Of a stretch of DNA of 64,000 bases, positions 61,064 to 64,000 are shown piece after piece. Positions within the stretch are counted from its first letter, which is position 1; each line of letters begins with the position of its first letter. Source of the stretch: an uncultured Prevotella sp. (lineage in GTDB: Bacteria; Bacteroidota; Bacteroidia; Bacteroidales; Bacteroidaceae); NCBI GenBank assembly GCA_905233985.1, contig CAJOFA010000006.1, forward strand, positions 3,295 through 67,294. The letters run 5' to 3'. The position numbers were made by a program, and so were the translations under genes. The notes under the pieces are model-generated. The model made no database searches, was not told the origin of the DNA, and was given only the letters and a program-made list of their open reading frames with translations.

Positions 61064-62986
61064 ATGGGAAAGATTATTGGAATTGACTTAGGAACAACCA
61101 ACAGCTGCGTTGCCGTATTCGAAGGCAACGAGCCGGTAGTAATCGCTAACAGCGAAGGCAAGCGTACCACACCTTCTGTGGTGGGCTTCGTGGACAACGG
61201 TGAGCGCAAGATTGGCGACCCCGCCAAGCGTCAGGCTATCACCAACCCCAAGAAGACCGTTTACTCTATCAAACGTTTCATGGGTGAAAACTGGCAGCAA
61301 ACGGAGAAAGAAATTGCCCGTGTACCTTACAGCGTTGTGAACGAAGGAGGCTATCCTCGTGTTGACATTGACGGACGTAAGTACACGCCACAGGAAATCT
61401 CTGCTATGATACTGCAAAAGATGAAGAAGACCGCCGAGGACTATCTCGGACAGGAAGTGACGGATGCCGTCATCACTGTGCCAGCCTACTTCTCTGACTC
61501 GCAGCGTCAGGCTACGAAGGAGGCCGGACAGATTGCCGGTCTGAACGTGAAGCGTATTGTCAACGAGCCGACAGCCGCAGCTCTGGCATACGGTGTTGAC
61601 AAGGCTAACAAGGACATGAAGATTGCCGTGTTCGACCTTGGTGGCGGTACGTTCGATATCTCTATCCTCGAGTTCGGCGGCGGTGTGTTTGAGGTGCTCT
61701 CTACCAATGGTGACACTCACCTCGGTGGTGACGACTTCGACCAAGTCATCATCGACTGGCTCGTACAGGAGTTCAAGAATGACGAGGGTGCCGACCTGAA
61801 GAGCGATCCGATGGCCATGCAGCGTCTGAAGGAGGCTGCTGAGAAGGCAAAGATTGAGCTGTCAAGCTCTACCTCTACCGAGATTAACCTGCCGTACATT
61901 ATGCCCGTAGGCGGTGTACCCAAGCACTTGGTGAAGACGCTCACACGTGCAAAGTTCGAGCAGCTGGCTCACGACCTCATCCAGGCTTGTCTGGCTCCGT
62001 GTCAGAAGGCAATGGCTGATGCCAAGCTCTCTACCAGTGAGATTGACGAGGTGATTCTCGTGGGCGGTTCCAGCCGTATCCCCGCTGTGCAGACACTCGT
62101 GAAGAACTACTTTGGCAAGGAGCCTTCAAAAGGTGTGAACCCCGACGAAGTAGTGGCCGTAGGTGCTTGCATTCAGGGTGCCATTCTGAATAAGGAAGGT
62201 GGCGTAGGCGACATCGTGCTGCTCGACGTAACCCCGCTGACACTCGGTATCGAGACCCTCGGTGGTGTGATGACCAAGCTCATCGAAGCCAACACTACCA
62301 TCCCCTGCAAGAAGAACGAAACCTTCTCTACTGCAGTAGATAACCAGACCGCAGTGACTATCCATGTACTGCAGGGTGAGCGTCCTATGGCTTCTCAGAA
62401 CAAGAGCATCGGACAGTTCAACCTCGAAGGCATTGCTCCCGCACGCCGTGGTGTTCCTCAGATTGAGGTAACCTTCGACATCGATGCCAACGGTATCCTC
62501 AAGGTCAGCGCCAAGGATAAGGCCACCGGTAAGGAACAGGCCATCCGCATCGAGGCTTCCAGCGGACTGTCACAGGACGAGATCAACCGCATGAAGGCCG
62601 AGGCCGAGCAGAACGCAGAGAACGACAAGCGTGAGCGCGAGCGTGTAGATAAGCTGAACCAGGCAGACTCGATGATCTTCCAGACCGAGAACCAGCTGAA
62701 GGAGATCGGCGACAAGATTCCCGCAGAGAAGAAGCCCGCTATCGAGAGTGCCCTCCAGCAGCTGAAGGATGCCCACAAGAGCGGCGACGTAGCTGCCATC
62801 GACACAGCCATCGCAGCCCTCAACGCCGCTTGGCAGGCAGCCAGCGAGCAGATGTACCAGCAGGGCCAGGCAGGTCCTCAGCCCGGTGCCGACGCAGGTC
62901 AGGGTGCAGGCTTCCAAGGCGGCCAGCAGACACAGTCGAACCCCAACGACGATGTCCAGGATGCTGACTTTGAGGAGGTGAAGTAA
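61064..62986 (+). CDS. dnaK: Chaperone DnaK
   Basis: [24 protein letters not shown]. Confidence 0.99.
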   Translation: MGKIIGIDLGTTNSCVAVFEGNEPVVIANSEGKRTTPSVVGFVDNGERKIGDPAKRQAITNPKKTVYSIKRFMGENWQQTEKEIARVPYSVVNEGGYPRVDIDGRKYTPQEISAMILQKMKKTAEDYLGQEVTDAVITVPAYFSDSQRQATKEAGQIAGLNVKRIVNEPTAAALAYGVDKANKDMKIAVFDLGGGTFDISILEFGGGVFEVLSTNGDTHLGGDDFDQVIIDWLVQEFKNDEGADLKSDPMAMQRLKEAAEKAKIELSSSTSTEINLPYIMPVGGVPKHLVKTLTRAKFEQLAHDLIQACLAPCQKAMADAKLSTSEIDEVILVGGSSRIPAVQTLVKNYFGKEPSKGVNPDEVVAVGACIQGAILNKEGGVGDIVLLDVTPLTLGIETLGGVMTKLIEANTTIPCKKNETFSTAVDNQTAVTIHVLQGERPMASQNKSIGQFNLEGIAPARRGVPQIEVTFDIDANGILKVSAKDKATGKEQAIRIEASSGLSQDEINRMKAEAEQNAENDKRERERVDKLNQADSMIFQTENQLKEIGDKIPAEKKPAIESALQQLKDAHKSGDVAAIDTAIAALNAAWQAASEQMYQQGQAGPQPGADAGQGAGFQGGQQTQSNPNDDVQDADFEEVK

Positions 62987-63008
62987 AACACATTTCTCTA
63001 TATAAGGC

Positions 63009-63044
63009 AAGAGGTGCAGACGATGAATCTGCACCTCTTTTTTT
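63009..63044 (+). terminator. dnaK terminator
   Basis: AAGAGGTGCAGA-N7-TCTGCACCTCTT plus T-tract. Confidence 0.9.
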
Positions 63045-63086
63045 GTGTCATTTACGTGCGGTGCGTATGACAAATATTATCGTCTT

Positions 63087-63224
63087 TTATGCCAATTATG
63101 TTCCGCTCATTTGCAATTTAATTGATATTGCTGCGCAATTTAACTGATTTTGTGACGCAATTCAATTGATTTTGTTGTGCAATTTAATTGATTTTGCAAA
63201 CGAGTGGAACATAATTGGCATGAA
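63087..63224. mobile_element. MITE-like element with internal 4x22-bp array
   Basis: 28-bp inverted repeats (26/28), flanking direct repeat ATCGTCTT at 63079 and 63225. Confidence 0.7.
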
Positions 63225-63417
63225 ATCGTCTTGCTTATGTCAAAAGAATTCCTTACTTTTGTCAACGAAAAGTCTCATAGAATTAGATGAAAGGTTATCC
63301 ACACTATCATTGCAGAGCCTATCATTGCAGAGAGCCTTTATAGTCACTTTTTATGAATAAAATTTGGTAATGTTGCTAACTTTTATTATATTTGCACTCG
63401 ATTTTAATTAAATAAAG

Positions 63418-63618
63418 ATGAGCGAAAGACCTCTTAATCGGCTTAAAGTGGTTCTTGTGGAGAACCAAAAGACGAGCAAATGGTTGGCAGAACAGTTGGG
63501 TGTCTCTGCCGTAACAGTCAGTAAATGGTGTACCAACATGCACCAACCCGACTTGCAGACGTTGGCTAAGATTGCCGAATTGATTGGGTGTGAGAAACGA
63601 GAACTTATTACTGAATAG
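63418..63618 (+). CDS. XRE-family HTH regulator
   Basis: NRLKVVL..WLAEQLGVSAVTVSKWCTN..QP. Confidence 0.9.
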   Translation: MSERPLNRLKVVLVENQKTSKWLAEQLGVSAVTVSKWCTNMHQPDLQTLAKIAELIGCEKRELITE

Positions 63619-63628
63619 AAATGTCTCA

Positions 63629-64000
63629 ATGAGAAAGAAAGAATATACGGTCATTGATCTCTTTGCAGGAGCTGGAGGGTTGTCACTCGGCTTATATCAA
63701 GCTGGGTGGCATGGTCTGTTTGCCATAGAGAAGAATGCTTTTGCTTTTGAAACACTGAAATACAATCTGATAGACAACAAAGAGCACTTCGAATGGCCAG
63801 AGTGGTTGCCCAAGACTAACCACGATATCAATGAGGTCTTGAAGAACTATTCAGAACAACTTGAAGCGTTACAAGGTAAGGTGGATCTAGTTGCAGGTGG
63901 ACCGCCATGTCAGGGCTTTTCGATGGCAGGCAAAAGAGTTAAGGACGACATTCGCAATCAGTTGGTGTTTTCGTATATAAAGTTTATCAAGTTGGTTCAG
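63629..64000 (+). CDS. DNA (cytosine-5) methyltransferase, partial
   Basis: Manual translation MRKKEYTVIDLFAGAGGL (motif I) ... VAGGPPCQGFSMAG (motif IV); runs off window end. Confidence 0.93.
   Translation, partial: MRKKEYTVIDLFAGAGGLSLGLYQAGWHGLFAIEKNAFAFETLKYNLIDNKEHFEWPEWLPKTNHDINEVLKNYSEQLEALQGKVDLVAGGPPCQGFSMAGKRVKDDIRNQLVFSYIKFIKLVQ

Noticed and set aside
63113-63200. Possible mini-CRISPR array
   Set aside because: Variable parts are only 4 nt, no cas genes are present, and the array is enclosed by IRs and a TSD.
63166-63360. 64-aa ORF downstream of dnaK
   Set aside because: Non-ATG start inside the repeat element, spans a promoter motif, and has no protein-like features.

Overview
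Chromosomal segment of a Bacteroidota genome, most likely Prevotella-like. This rests on TAnnTTTG -7 promoters before most genes, AT-rich leaders without Shine-Dalgarno sites, and the gene set. It is mostly housekeeping and metabolism: GH31 alpha-xylosidase, a MIPS-centred inositol-lipid operon, rlmL, S9 peptidase, purD, DUF2723, queG, cysK/metY/Lrp, frr, rsgA, mnmA, nhaD, carboxynorspermidine dehydrogenase, recA and dnaK. It ends in an AT-rich XRE + C5-methyltransferase island. No rRNA, tRNA, CRISPR array or transposase was seen. Most notable: (1) four histidine kinases in tandem, arranged as a duplicated [pseudokinase (His->Tyr or His->Gln) + intact kinase] pair, with no response regulator in the window; (2) an ATP-grasp gene with ITPK1-like motifs heading the inositol operon; (3) pervasive period-7 degenerate repeats and REP-like palindromes in frame within enzyme loops and at gene junctions; (4) a 138-bp MITE-like element with terminal inverted repeats, a target-site duplication and an internal 4x22-bp array; (5) a promoter-to-terminator, ORF-less candidate sRNA divergent from a LacI gene. 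Product calls come from motif recognition by eye; no database searches were run.
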